Source of the DNA: Pseudomonadota bacterium
GTDB lineage: Bacteria > Pseudomonadota > Gammaproteobacteria > JAKAQQ01
DNA: 64,000 nt
Assembly (NCBI GenBank): GCA_027320085.1
Contig: DAHVLZ010000009.1
Span: forward strand, 320,001 to 384,000
Reading direction: 5' to 3'
Notes under the pieces: model-generated
Told to the model about the DNA's origin: nothing
The model's database searches: none
The model's input: only the letters and a program-made list of their open reading frames with translations
Program-made: the position numbers and the translations under genes
Shown: positions 31,674 to 41,828 of the stretch, one piece after another
Layout of the letters: every line of letters begins with the position of its first letter
How positions within the stretch are numbered: the stretch's first letter is position 1

Positions 31674-32567
31674 TCAAGTCCTGCGGCGGTATCCCAGCCG
31701 GCTCAGCAAGGCTTCGAAATCATCCAATCCCTTGAAATGGATGAGTAGACGGCCGGTTCTCCCCTGAGCGCCCGATGTCTCGACTTCGACGCGCCGGCCT
31801 AAGTGCTCGGTTAGTTCCCGCTCTAACCTCAGACGGTCAGCGTCGCGGGATTTTTCCTTGGTGGCCTTTGACCCACCCGCCCCCGCCTCACGCGCTGATC
31901 CTTGGAGGCGTCTCAAATAGCGCTCCGTCTGCCGCACATTCAGCGCATTCTCGGAGATGTAGCGCGCAGCTTCATCCTGTGCGGAACCCGTAATTGAAAG
32001 CAATGCCCTGGCGTGGCCCATCTCGAGTCGACCTGATTGCAGCAGCTCACGTGCAACCGAACGCAGGTCGAGAAGCCGCAGGAGATTGGTGACCCCCGTA
32101 CGTGAGCGCCCCACTGTTTCCGCAACCTGCTCGTGGGTCATGTGAAACTCAGTCACCAACTGCTTCAGGGCGAGTGCTTCTTCCAGCGGATGGAGATCAG
32201 TTCGCTGGAGATTTTCAATCAGGGCCACCTGCAGAGCCGCTGCATCATCCAATGTCCGAACAATCACCGGGACCTCAAGCTGGCCCGCAATCTGCGCCGC
32301 ACGCCAACGTCTCTCCCCGGCAATGATCTCATAGCGGTTAGGCTCGGCCAATCGCCGCACAAGGATCGGCTGCAAGATTCCCTGTGTGCGAATCGACTGT
32401 GCCAGTTCGAGCAACTGCTCACGGGGGATATCACGACGTGGCTGGTAGCGACCGGGCGTGAGGTACTCGACCGGTAGCGACTCCAAGCCTTCTGGCACAG
32501 AGGACTCTTCCTGCTGCCCAAGGATCGCCGACAAGGACCGGTTCAGTGGGCGGCGCTTCATGGACAT
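31674..32567 (-). CDS. parB: chromosome partitioning protein ParB
   Basis: QPRR, GILQPILVR, IIAGERRWRAA, IENLQR, HTH, GHARALL. Confidence 0.97.
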   Translation of the reverse strand: MSMKRRPLNRSLSAILGQQEESSVPEGLESLPVEYLTPGRYQPRRDIPREQLLELAQSIRTQGILQPILVRRLAEPNRYEIIAGERRWRAAQIAGQLEVPVIVRTLDDAAALQVALIENLQRTDLHPLEEALALKQLVTEFHMTHEQVAETVGRSRTGVTNLLRLLDLRSVARELLQSGRLEMGHARALLSITGSAQDEAARYISENALNVRQTERYLRRLQGSAREAGAGGSKATKEKSRDADRLRLERELTEHLGRRVEVETSGAQGRTGRLLIHFKGLDDFEALLSRLGYRRRT

Positions 32568-32571
32568 AGAT

Positions 32572-33384
32572 CTATCTCCCACGCTCGGTACTGGGCATTC
32601 TATCAGCGCCCTGCCCAACGGGGAATCGTTCCAACTGTTCACTCGCAAGAGCAAGATAGGCCATTGCCCCTCGGGAGGCAGCATCATAAACCTGGATGGG
32701 AACACCATGACTAGGTGCTTCTGCGAGACGAACATTGCGAGGAATAACGGTCCGGTACACCTGGTTCCCAAAATGGACGATCAGTTGGGAGGACACTTCG
32801 TGATGGAGACTGCTCCGAGCATCAAACATGGTTCTCAGCAGCCCTTCGATCTTGAGGTGTGGATTGAGGGACTGCTGCACTGATCGGATAGTCTCGAGTA
32901 GCGAGGACAACCCTTCAAGAGCGTAATATTCGCACTGGATCGGAATGAGTACTCCGCTCGATGCGACCAGAGCGTTGACTGTCAGGATATTCAGCGAGGG
33001 AGGACAGTCGATCAGGATATCGTCGAACGGGCCCGCACTCTGGATCAGGTTTTTCAGGCGATTTTCGCCGGCTCCGGAACGGGTCAAAGCCACCTCGGTG
33101 GCCGTCAGGTCGGCATGAGCCGGCAATAACCTGAAACTTCCGGGTGGTACCGGTACTTCCACCAAGGCTTCGGACAGTTTTATTCGGCCCCCGAGAACGG
33201 CATCAGTGCCTGCCTTCAAGCGCCGTTTATCGATTCCGAGACCGGTCGTGGCATTAGCTTGAGGGTCCAGGTCCACCAAAAGAACGTGTCGACGGTATGC
33301 CGCAAGGGCGGCTGCCAAATTGATCGCTGTTGTGGTCTTGCCAACCCCGCCTTTTTGGTTGGCAATGGCCAGTACCCGACTCAT
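32572..33384 (-). CDS. parA: chromosome partitioning ATPase ParA/Soj
   Basis: [48 protein letters not shown]. Confidence 0.97.
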   Translation of the reverse strand: MSRVLAIANQKGGVGKTTTAINLAAALAAYRRHVLLVDLDPQANATTGLGIDKRRLKAGTDAVLGGRIKLSEALVEVPVPPGSFRLLPAHADLTATEVALTRSGAGENRLKNLIQSAGPFDDILIDCPPSLNILTVNALVASSGVLIPIQCEYYALEGLSSLLETIRSVQQSLNPHLKIEGLLRTMFDARSSLHHEVSSQLIVHFGNQVYRTVIPRNVRLAEAPSHGVPIQVYDAASRGAMAYLALASEQLERFPVGQGADRMPSTERGR

Positions 33385-33418
33385 GGTCCGGTCCCCCAGA
33401 ACGGTCTACCGATCTGGA

Positions 33419-34102
33419 TCACTCTACCATGGACGGGTCGATGGGTCGGGGGATTGAGCCCAACCCATCCGGCCTGAGACGCAGGTCGAAAACGTGACGG
33501 TGGGTATCGGAGCCGTCCATCCAAACTCGCCAGACGCTAGCCACATACCATCTTGAATCCGAGGCGAGCCATTCGGTGGGCGGCCACTCCCCTTTCATTG
33601 CCAGCCATTGATCCTCCCGCTCACACCAAGGTGCTGTCACGTTCAAAAAATAGCTGAGTGGGCCGAGGGCACGACTCGTGAATGTGGCCGATCCAATCCG
33701 AGGTTTACAGATCACTCGTTCTGCCCGCTGGTTCCGAATTTCGAGATTATCAATGCTGAGCTTGCGTTTGACATGATCCAGAAATAGGGCTTTTTTTCGG
33801 TTGGATTCGATCAGGCAAAAAGGACGCTCTGGATCGGCAAGCGCTAGCACCAAACCAGGGAATCCGGCTCCACTTCCGATGTCGATTCCCATCTGTCCCC
33901 GGATGACTGATCGCAGGGCCAAACTATCGTAGACATGTCGTGGCCAGAGTCGGGATCCCTCTTGGGTACCCACCAAGTTGTAGCTCCGATTCCACTGTAA
34001 AAGAAGCGCCACATAGGATTCCAGCCGATTCCGGATTTCGTGTGGGATCTCCGCCGATGAGAAATCGAGCTGCTGGTATGGGGGCAGTTTCACTACATTC
34101 AT
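33419..34102 (-). CDS. rsmG: 16S rRNA m7G527 methyltransferase (GidB)
   Basis: WNRSYNL, HVYDSL, DIGSGAGFPG, SRA, AMKG. Confidence 0.93.
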   Translation of the reverse strand: MNVVKLPPYQQLDFSSAEIPHEIRNRLESYVALLLQWNRSYNLVGTQEGSRLWPRHVYDSLALRSVIRGQMGIDIGSGAGFPGLVLALADPERPFCLIESNRKKALFLDHVKRKLSIDNLEIRNQRAERVICKPRIGSATFTSRALGPLSYFLNVTAPWCEREDQWLAMKGEWPPTEWLASDSRWYVASVWRVWMDGSDTHRHVFDLRLRPDGLGSIPRPIDPSMVE

Positions 34103-34120
34103 CGAAACTGTGCCATCGGT

Positions 34121-36538
34121 TTAGCTGGCGCCTTTCACTTGTAGGCTTTTTTCCAAGTCAAGCACACGCAGCGTGGTGGACACCAGCGTATCCGGGTTGA
34201 GGCTGACTGAGTCAATCCCCAATTGGATCAGGAAATCGGCCATCTCCGGGTAATCTGACGGAGCCTGGCCGCACAGACCGGAGTGAATTCCATTGCGACG
34301 GCAACCCAAGACAGCCTGCCGGATCATTTCCATAACGGCTGGATCCCGTTCATCGTACTCAAAAGCCACCATCGCGGAATCACGGTCCACTCCGAGCGTC
34401 AACTGGGTTAGATCGTTGCTTCCAATCGAGAACCCGTCAAAGCGCTTGGCAAATTCATCGATCAAAATCACGTTGCTTGGAACCTCACACATCGCGTAGA
34501 GGCGGAGGCCCCGCTGCCCGCGGGCTAGCCCGAGATCAGCCATTCGGGCGAGAATCCGGTCCGCCTCTTCAAGGCGCCGAACGAAGGGGATCATGAGAAC
34601 CACGTTTTCAAAGCCCCAATCTTCTCGGACCCGGCGCATGGCCGCACATTCCAGAGCGAAGCCTTCCCGATAGGAGGGATGGTCATAGCGGGAAGCCCCC
34701 CGGAAACCCAGCATGGGATTTTCTTCGACGGGTTCGAAACTGCGTCCACCCAGCAACGAGGCGTACTCGTTGGACTTAAAATCCGACATGCGGACCACGA
34801 CCGGCTTAGGCCAGAAGGCGGCAGCGATGGTCCCGATCCCCTGAGCCAGCCGTTCCACAAAAAAATCCTCGGGGCGATCATATCCCCGAACCAGTAGCGT
34901 TAAGGCCGCTCGATCCCGTGCATCAGTTACCCGATCGGGGTGAAGCAGGGCCAGAGGGTGTGCCCGGATGCTGCTGCTGATGATGAACTCCATTCGAGCC
35001 AATCCGACCCCGTCGTTGGGGAGAAAACTCGTCTGGAAGGCAATGTCCGGATTACCCAAGTTGACCATGATCCGGGTCTTCGGGCGCGGAACCGCCTGGA
35101 GATCGGTGCGTCTGACCTCAAAGGGCAGGATACCGTCATAAACCACCCCGTCATCCCCTTCTGCACACGAGACGGTAACCGCCGTGCGATCGCGGAGCTG
35201 GGTAGTGGCTTCCCCGGTGCCGACGATCGCTGGAATGCCGAGTTCCCGAGCGATGATCGCTGCATGGCAGGTGCGCCCACCTTGATCCGTCACGATGGCA
35301 GCAGCCCGTTTCATGACCGGTTCCCAGTCCGGGGTTGTGATCTCGGAAACCAGGATGTCTCCTGTCTGAAAACTGGCAAGGGCCTCTACCGATCGGATGA
35401 TTCGAGGCGAGCCTGTGGCGATCCGGTTCCCCACCGCTCGTCCGCGGACGAGCGGGGTTCCGGTTTTTTCCATGTGAAACTCTTCAAGGATTTGCCGGGG
35501 CTTGCGCGATACCACCGTTTCAGGCCGTGCCTGAACCAAGTAGAGATGGCCATCAAGCCCGTCTTTGGCCCATTCAATATCCATCGGGCGGTCCTCTCCC
35601 GCTCTGCGACTATAGTGGGTCTCAACCTTCAATGCATACTCAGTCAGAACGAAAATCTCATCGTCTGTGAGGCAGAAACGCTCCCGTTCTGACTCCGTCG
35701 TCTCCTGGATCCGGGTTCCTGAGGGTTCGGATGAACCCGCATAGACCATCTTGATCTGCTTGCTCCCGCGACGGCCGCGAAGTACGGCCTGGTGTCCCTG
35801 TTTGAAAGTGGGTTTGAAGACATAAAACTCATCCGGCTCCACTTGGCCCTGAACCAGAGTTTCGCCGAGACCCCAAGTGGCCGTGATAAAAACCACGTCC
35901 CGGAACCCGCTTTCCGTATCGAGCGTAAAAAGGACTCCACTCGAGGCTAGATCTGACCGCACCATTTTCATGACCCCAATGGAAAGGGCCACGTCGAATT
36001 GTCCATAGCCCTGTCGGGCGCGGTAGTGGATCGCCCGATCGGTAAACAGGCTCGCAAAGCAGTGCCGACAGGATTCGCGTAAGGCGACCTCGCCCTGAAT
36101 ATTGAGGTAAGTTTCCTGTTGCCCCGCAAAGCTTGCCTGCGGCAGATCCTCTGCCGTAGCCGAGGATCGGACGGCCACAGACAGTTCAGGGCCATACTCT
36201 TCTCCGAGGCGCCCATATGCCTCCAGGATCTCCCGTTCCACGGCAACTGGCAGACCTGCCGCATAAAGGATTTCCCGGGCCTGGGCTCCACGCTCTGCCA
36301 GTTCGTTTACCTGATCCGTGTTGAGCCCTGATAAGACGCGTTCCAGTTCCTGGCGCGTGTTGCCCTGATCGAGAACCGCCTGATAGGCATCGGCGGTGAT
36401 GGCAAAACCGTTCGGAACACGGATACCCTGTGGTCTAAGTTCCCGATAGAGCTCTCCCAGCGACGCATTTTTGCCACCCACCAGGGGCAGATCTTTCAAT
36501 CCAATCTCTTCAAAAAAACGGACATATTGCATGCTCAT
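34121..36538 (-). CDS. ppsA: phosphoenolpyruvate synthase
   Basis: VGGKNASLGE, VRSSATAED, GGRTCHAAI phospho-His, GFSIGSNDLTQL. Confidence 0.97.
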   Translation of the reverse strand: MSMQYVRFFEEIGLKDLPLVGGKNASLGELYRELRPQGIRVPNGFAITADAYQAVLDQGNTRQELERVLSGLNTDQVNELAERGAQAREILYAAGLPVAVEREILEAYGRLGEEYGPELSVAVRSSATAEDLPQASFAGQQETYLNIQGEVALRESCRHCFASLFTDRAIHYRARQGYGQFDVALSIGVMKMVRSDLASSGVLFTLDTESGFRDVVFITATWGLGETLVQGQVEPDEFYVFKPTFKQGHQAVLRGRRGSKQIKMVYAGSSEPSGTRIQETTESERERFCLTDDEIFVLTEYALKVETHYSRRAGEDRPMDIEWAKDGLDGHLYLVQARPETVVSRKPRQILEEFHMEKTGTPLVRGRAVGNRIATGSPRIIRSVEALASFQTGDILVSEITTPDWEPVMKRAAAIVTDQGGRTCHAAIIARELGIPAIVGTGEATTQLRDRTAVTVSCAEGDDGVVYDGILPFEVRRTDLQAVPRPKTRIMVNLGNPDIAFQTSFLPNDGVGLARMEFIISSSIRAHPLALLHPDRVTDARDRAALTLLVRGYDRPEDFFVERLAQGIGTIAAAFWPKPVVVRMSDFKSNEYASLLGGRSFEPVEENPMLGFRGASRYDHPSYREGFALECAAMRRVREDWGFENVVLMIPFVRRLEEADRILARMADLGLARGQRGLRLYAMCEVPSNVILIDEFAKRFDGFSIGSNDLTQLTLGVDRDSAMVAFEYDERDPAVMEMIRQAVLGCRRNGIHSGLCGQAPSDYPEMADFLIQLGIDSVSLNPDTLVSTTLRVLDLEKSLQVKGAS

Positions 36539-36603
36539 GGCTCCCGTTGTGGTCCGACTGGACAATCGCCATACCCTAATCTGACATTGACCAACTCACA
36601 CCT

Positions 36604-38373
36604 CTAAAAGTTGACAATATCGCCGATGACGATTGAGCTCGCAGGAACTCCGGGGGCATGCACGGTCGGAAAGGCAACGGTCAGATAGTAAACCTGCCCA
36701 TAAGCACTGCGGAGATCGCCAATCCGAATCCCGCCCCCGATATCCTGATAGGTCCGGCTCCAATGTGATGGCGAGAGTTCGTCAATCCGAGCCCAATCGG
36801 CGTAAACCACGAAACCAAGAACAAACGTGTGAAAAAGCTCAATCGGGGTCACGATCCGATCCTCGATCGTTCCCGACCAGAGACGTGTTCCTAGCCGGAA
36901 AAAATTGGGATATCCCCGAAGACCCTGGATGCCGCCAATGTAAAGCAGATTGTCAGGCACCGGATTGACCTCGAACTGATAGCCCCCGTGGAATACCAGA
37001 GTCTGGTCTGGGAGCATCTGGTTATAGTAGGTGCCCTGAACCTCGCCAGTTTCATTCTGCCAAGCATTTGCCTGCCGACGAGCCTCCCAGCTGGCGGAAG
37101 CCAGAAACAGATCATGCCCAAAAACCCGGGTTCCCGTATCGACCGAAAAATCCAAGGTCGAGGATGACCCGAGACTACCGAGCCAAATAGGATCATAAGA
37201 CCAACTGGCATTGATGGTCCAGCCTAGGTTATAGTCCTCGACACGGTCGATCAGCCGAATGTTCTCAAAACTCCGATACCGGTCCTGGAAAAGCTGCCAA
37301 CCCACGGTCGGCCCATTTTCCGTACGGTCGACCAGCGCGAGGGGAAGCGCGCTATAGCCGGGTGTCAGACTGGATGCCCCATAGCTTTCCGAACGCCTGC
37401 TCCATCCGACGAAGAAGCGTTCTCCCGTATCATGGGAAAAACTCAGCAAGCGCCCATAGTCGACACTGAAATCATTGATGCGGCTGGGTATGCTTTCAGC
37501 GAGTGTGCCGTTTTCAAACAGATCCAGGTTTTCCTGCTGGGAGGATCCGGTAAAGGTCAGCGCCCACGGTTCGCGGTCGCGGTAGAAAGGTCGTCCCACC
37601 GTCAGTTCCTTGAGAAACCCGTCTGAAAAATGGTCATATTGGGCAAGACCCGTCCATCGAGTTCCCATGATGGCTGGATCCTCATAGGTGAAGAGGGTCC
37701 CGCTTCGCTCAAAGGTTTTCTCCCAGCCCACTAAAAGTACCTTGCCGAGTCCGAGGAAGTCCGTGTCCTTGACTTTATAGTGGTACTCGCTTTGTCCTCC
37801 CACATGAGTGAATTGGAAGTTCGCCTTGAGCGTCCAGGCATCCTTTTCGATGACCAGAACATTGACCACATGTCCGTGGCAGCCATCTGGTTCGATGATC
37901 ACGATACGAACAAAGGGAAGTGCGCGAAGGTTACGCTCGGTCTCGTAGAGGGTACGGGCATTCACGGGCTCTCCGGACCTGAAGAGCAACTCGTTACGGA
38001 CCACAGCCGGGAGTGTCTTGATGTGAATGAAATCGGCAAGCCGGGCATACCACGTGTTCTCACCCGGGCGAGTGGTATTGAACACGTTGACGACCCGGAT
38101 CCGGATCCGGCCAACCCGGTAATGCTGGCGCGTAAACCAAGCCCACTGGTCGGCACCGTACCAAGTTCCAGCAACAGGCGACAGCCCATGCGGCAACAGT
38201 GCAAGACAACTGCGAGGTTCCTGTGCATCAAGCCCCGGCAGAGAGTGGGCGTAGACGACGGGCAGTAACAGCATCCCAACCAGCCACCAGAAGGGAGTTC
38301 GGGATATCCGCCGATCCCTACTGAAAGCTCTGTTTCGCAGCACGCACCTCAAAATTGAACTTCGCCTCCTCAA
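36604..38373 (-). CDS. Omp85 (BamA/TamA superfamily)-like outer membrane protein with a POTRA-like domain (start uncertain)
   Basis: Signal peptide, ELLFRSGE...ETERNLR POTRA-like segment, DFLGLG barrel start, GLRGY loop-6 motif, C-terminal Phe. Confidence 0.7.
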   Translation of the reverse strand: MRRRSSILRCVLRNRAFSRDRRISRTPFWWLVGMLLLPVVYAHSLPGLDAQEPRSCLALLPHGLSPVAGTWYGADQWAWFTRQHYRVGRIRIRVVNVFNTTRPGENTWYARLADFIHIKTLPAVVRNELLFRSGEPVNARTLYETERNLRALPFVRIVIIEPDGCHGHVVNVLVIEKDAWTLKANFQFTHVGGQSEYHYKVKDTDFLGLGKVLLVGWEKTFERSGTLFTYEDPAIMGTRWTGLAQYDHFSDGFLKELTVGRPFYRDREPWALTFTGSSQQENLDLFENGTLAESIPSRINDFSVDYGRLLSFSHDTGERFFVGWSRRSESYGASSLTPGYSALPLALVDRTENGPTVGWQLFQDRYRSFENIRLIDRVEDYNLGWTINASWSYDPIWLGSLGSSSTLDFSVDTGTRVFGHDLFLASASWEARRQANAWQNETGEVQGTYYNQMLPDQTLVFHGGYQFEVNPVPDNLLYIGGIQGLRGYPNFFRLGTRLWSGTIEDRIVTPIELFHTFVLGFVVYADWARIDELSPSHWSRTYQDIGGGIRIGDLRSAYGQVYYLTVAFPTVHAPGVPASSIVIGDIVNF

Positions 38374-38507
38374 AAGGGATCAGACCACTGGTCTGGACGT
38401 GGCACAAAGCCTTTTCTGTAAACCAGTATCCATACCAGAGGCCGGTTGCCACTTTGCTTTCCCGGCTGACTGCGTCCTTCCTGGTCCCCGTACAAGAACT
38501 TGAAGGT

Positions 38508-38975
38508 TCAGGGATGTGTGTGGCCGCCGAGACAGGGGCCGATTCGAATGCCCGTAACGCGAACTCGGTAGCTCATCTCAATAGGTGTCTTCATCCGGGT
38601 ATGAACCCACTCTTGTAACCGTGTTTTCTGATAAACCATTCGACCCTGGCTGATCAAATTCACGCTTGCGGAATGACATTCCATGGTCCAAGTCAGGGTA
38701 TTGCCAACCATCTGGTGTTGCGTCACGCGGCACATGGATTTCTTGTAACCCGCGGGCGGCAAGGACTCCGGCTGCCGTGACAGACAGGTGGTCTGGGTTT
38801 CCTGCCTCGCAGCCGATCTGGTTCCCGAGGTCACGACCAGCAGGCGCCACTGGCCGGGCACAAAATCGTGACTGACGGGCCTGGCAGAAACCGGCCCGGC
38901 TGTTAGCAAAAACAGAAGCAGACCTGCAGTCCGGTTCATGACCCCTTCCCAGCCGGATTTCCTCGGGTACGTCAT
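38508..38975 (-). CDS. DUF3617-like secreted protein
   Basis: Signal peptide, PGQW, four Cys (TTCL, MCR, MECH, IGPC); GAGGAG SD before ATG 38975. Confidence 0.7.
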   Translation of the reverse strand: MTYPRKSGWEGVMNRTAGLLLFLLTAGPVSARPVSHDFVPGQWRLLVVTSGTRSAARQETQTTCLSRQPESLPPAGYKKSMCRVTQHQMVGNTLTWTMECHSASVNLISQGRMVYQKTRLQEWVHTRMKTPIEMSYRVRVTGIRIGPCLGGHTHP

Positions 38976-39139
38976 CTGAAAATCTCCTCTTGGATCTCGC
39001 CCGATGATGCGGTGTGGTGTGCCCGGCTTTCCCGTGCAACCTCGCTCATTGGGGAATCCGGGGCAACGCATCTGGACTTGGCGCATCTCCAAGATGCTCC
39101 ATTGTACTGGAGAAAGATGGCATCCCGAGTCCATCGCGA

Positions 39140-40324
39140 TCAAGTCACATGAAAAGGCAGCTCACTGGTCAGGACACGCATATCCCGGCGTTTCCAGAGC
39201 TCCCAATCTTCCTGCCCAGACACTGGTCCGAGCCGGTAGTGGGCGAAAATCTCCTCGAACAAAATATTGATCCCGTCCAAGACGCGTGAAGCGAGCGGAC
39301 TGACGATCTCCCCCCAAATCTCCTCAGGGTTCCGGGGCGGACGCTCATGCGTGCAATCCGGTACTGGCTCAAAATGCTCAAAGTCCATTGCACCCTCAAG
39401 CAAGCGGGGGCAGAAGAGCAGCACCACACCGGGTGGGATCCGATCGGTCCCTAGACGGCATTCATGGCACGTGATCCGTCCCTGGATCCACCGCGGGGGT
39501 AACAGCCGCCAGCATTCCGCAAGCGCGTACCGGATCCATCCCGGAACCATTTGTTCGCTAGGGAAACGGGAAACCGCACCATGTCCCCCCTGTTCAACGA
39601 AAACAAGCAAGGCAGCAAGGATCGCCAGCTCCAGCTCAGGTCCCGCCTGGCTAAGCCAATATAATTCGACGGACCGGCGCCCAGGTACCGCCTCCCTCCG
39701 GGCAACCTCACCGTCATGCCGACCTAAAATAGGTTGTGGAAGAACCGGGGACCAACCCGGTTTCCACTTCCGAGAAATCACCCCACGGTGATCGGGATCG
39801 CCCAGAAAAGCCCGCCGACGGACCCGGGTGAGGGTTTCTTCAGCCACACGGCGATCCTCCTCCGCCAAGGGATCCGGGAGGAGCCCCAAATCCTCAAGAA
39901 GCAAATTGGCCATGATCCGGGCCTCGCGGGGCAGGGACAGAAGTGCCCCGGCATGCCAGTGGTTCTTGCATTGTTGTTGCCATTGATCCCGCAAAAGACC
40001 GGTGGCGCGAAACTGGAGCGGGGCAGTCCGTATTTCGGGAATGCCTGGACCACGACCGGGAAACGGGTCTACCGGCCCGCTTTCTCTGGGCCAAGGCACG
40101 AGGACATCAATTGATGGATGCAGGAGCTCCTTGATTTCCTCTGGTTTTGTCACGCACAGGTAAAGCCGGCCCCGGTGCTTCAAAAGAGACTGACCATGGG
40201 CATTGCCTTGGCACCGTTCACGGAGAAAACAGCCTAGGGCGGGATCCCAGAGCAGGATCCCACGGGAGACCCGGTCAAGACTACGGGCAAGGTCGGCGGG
40301 CAGAGGCTCAGGTTCCAGTTTCAT
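39140..40324 (-). CDS. degenerate cytochrome P450-like protein lacking the axial Cys motif
   Basis: VTKPEEIKELL, I-helix-like AGPE, K-helix LAECWRLLPPRWIQGR...RIPPG, EHFEP; no FxxGxxxCxG. Confidence 0.55.
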   Translation of the reverse strand: MKLEPEPLPADLARSLDRVSRGILLWDPALGCFLRERCQGNAHGQSLLKHRGRLYLCVTKPEEIKELLHPSIDVLVPWPRESGPVDPFPGRGPGIPEIRTAPLQFRATGLLRDQWQQQCKNHWHAGALLSLPREARIMANLLLEDLGLLPDPLAEEDRRVAEETLTRVRRRAFLGDPDHRGVISRKWKPGWSPVLPQPILGRHDGEVARREAVPGRRSVELYWLSQAGPELELAILAALLVFVEQGGHGAVSRFPSEQMVPGWIRYALAECWRLLPPRWIQGRITCHECRLGTDRIPPGVVLLFCPRLLEGAMDFEHFEPVPDCTHERPPRNPEEIWGEIVSPLASRVLDGINILFEEIFAHYRLGPVSGQEDWELWKRRDMRVLTSELPFHVT

Positions 40325-40373
40325 ACTACAACCTGAAGCGGTGCCGCCAACCGCATTCCAAACCAATCCCAGC

Positions 40374-41825
40374 TCAACTCGAAGTGAGCAGATCCATGAG
40401 GTCGGAGACCGGCCGACCGGCCTGTTCCTGCCAGGGAGTATCCAAAAAGGCGGTGATCGCATCTGCCCGAGCCGGCGCCAGCTGGGCCAATCCCTCCCTG
40501 AATTTTCGGAGTAGCCGCGGACGCGCCTCTTCCCGTCTTTCACGGTGGCCAAGCGGAACCTCGACTACCACCCGCTCGGTTGGGGGGCCCTCACGAAAGT
40601 GGACCTGAATGGCATTTCCAATGTAACGCTTCGCCGGATCATAGTAGTGGCGTGTAAAGTCCGGATTTTCGACGACCCGCATCTTGGAACGGAGCCTGTC
40701 GATCCACGGGTCGGCTGCTGGGCCCTCTTCATAGTCTTGGGCCACCAACCGTCCCCTCAAAAGCGCGCTGGCTACGATGTACTGGAGACAGTGATCCCGA
40801 TCGGCCGGATTTCGGAGCGGCCCGGTCTTGTCGATGATGCGGATGGCCGCACTCTGGGTTTCGATTACGATTTCAGCGATCTCATCCAGACGATCATGAA
40901 CGGAAGGGTGCAGTCGCACGGCTGCCTCGGCTGCAGTCTGTCCGTGGAATTCCGCTGGAAAGTCTACCTTGTAAAGGATGTTCTCCATGACATAACTGCC
41001 AAGGGGCCGATTGAGCTGAAGTGGTGTGTCCCCCATGACGACCGTATTGAACCCCCAGCGGGGAGCGGAGAGAATCCGAGGATAGCCCATCTCACCACGC
41101 AAACTCAACAGCGCCAGTTCGATACTGCGACGGGAGGCATCCGCTGCCGCCCAGGATTTCCGTGACCCGGTATTGGGATGATGCCGGTAAGCCCGGAGCG
41201 ACCCTCCATCGGCAAACGCCTGGGTGAGCGCATTTTCAATGGTCGGGCGCGAACCGCCGAGAAGCCGGGTCACAAGTCCTGCTGAAGCGACTCGAACATA
41301 GACCACGTGGTCAACCCCTACTGCATTGAGCGAGTTGGTAAGGGCTAGAATGCCCTGGATCTCGTAGGCCTCGATCATCGACGACAAAAGGTCCCGGACC
41401 GTCACGACGACCGGATTTTCCCTCCGGCAGAGGTAATCGGACACGGGCAGGAGTGCCCCAAGATTGTCTGAAGGATGTGCCCACTCAGCCGCAAGCCAAG
41501 TGTCGTTGTAGTCCAGCCAGCGGATCAGGGCCCCGGTATCGAACACCGCCTTCATGAGGTCGAGCTTGAGGCTGGAACCCGGGACGCGGGCGCCCGGGCC
41601 AGGACTGACTGTACCCGGAATCCATGGACCGAGAAGCTTCGTGCAGTCCGGATGGTCGAGGGCCATGAAGGCAACCCCGATAGAATCCCGAAGGCTCAAC
41701 CAAGCCGTTTCGTAGGCTAGCGGCGGATGGACCGGGGGGGAGGCAACATACCCGGCTAATTCGGCAATGAGTGGATCCGTCTCCAGAATGGAAGAATCGG
41801 TTCCCTGGTTTCGTTTGGGACTCAC
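40374..41825 (-). CDS. prpD: 2-methylcitrate dehydratase
   Basis: RWLDYNDTWLAAEWAHPSDN, NTGSRKSWAA, FPAEFH, NPADRDHC. Confidence 0.96.
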   Translation of the reverse strand: MSPKRNQGTDSSILETDPLIAELAGYVASPPVHPPLAYETAWLSLRDSIGVAFMALDHPDCTKLLGPWIPGTVSPGPGARVPGSSLKLDLMKAVFDTGALIRWLDYNDTWLAAEWAHPSDNLGALLPVSDYLCRRENPVVVTVRDLLSSMIEAYEIQGILALTNSLNAVGVDHVVYVRVASAGLVTRLLGGSRPTIENALTQAFADGGSLRAYRHHPNTGSRKSWAAADASRRSIELALLSLRGEMGYPRILSAPRWGFNTVVMGDTPLQLNRPLGSYVMENILYKVDFPAEFHGQTAAEAAVRLHPSVHDRLDEIAEIVIETQSAAIRIIDKTGPLRNPADRDHCLQYIVASALLRGRLVAQDYEEGPAADPWIDRLRSKMRVVENPDFTRHYYDPAKRYIGNAIQVHFREGPPTERVVVEVPLGHRERREEARPRLLRKFREGLAQLAPARADAITAFLDTPWQEQAGRPVSDLMDLLTSS

Positions 41826-41828
41826 GGA

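Noticed and set aside
38400-38416. sigma54 promoter at TGGCAC between the Omp85-like and DUF3617-like genes
   Set aside because: No TTGC at -12, and it points antisense to the flanking genes.
39169-39429. Alternative-frame GSDQCLG as a frameshifted P450 heme motif
   Set aside because: Lacks the motif Phe and stops about 16 residues after the Cys, too short for the L helix and C-terminal strands; the main frame already carries an L-helix-like segment. Probably chance, though read-level checking is cheap.
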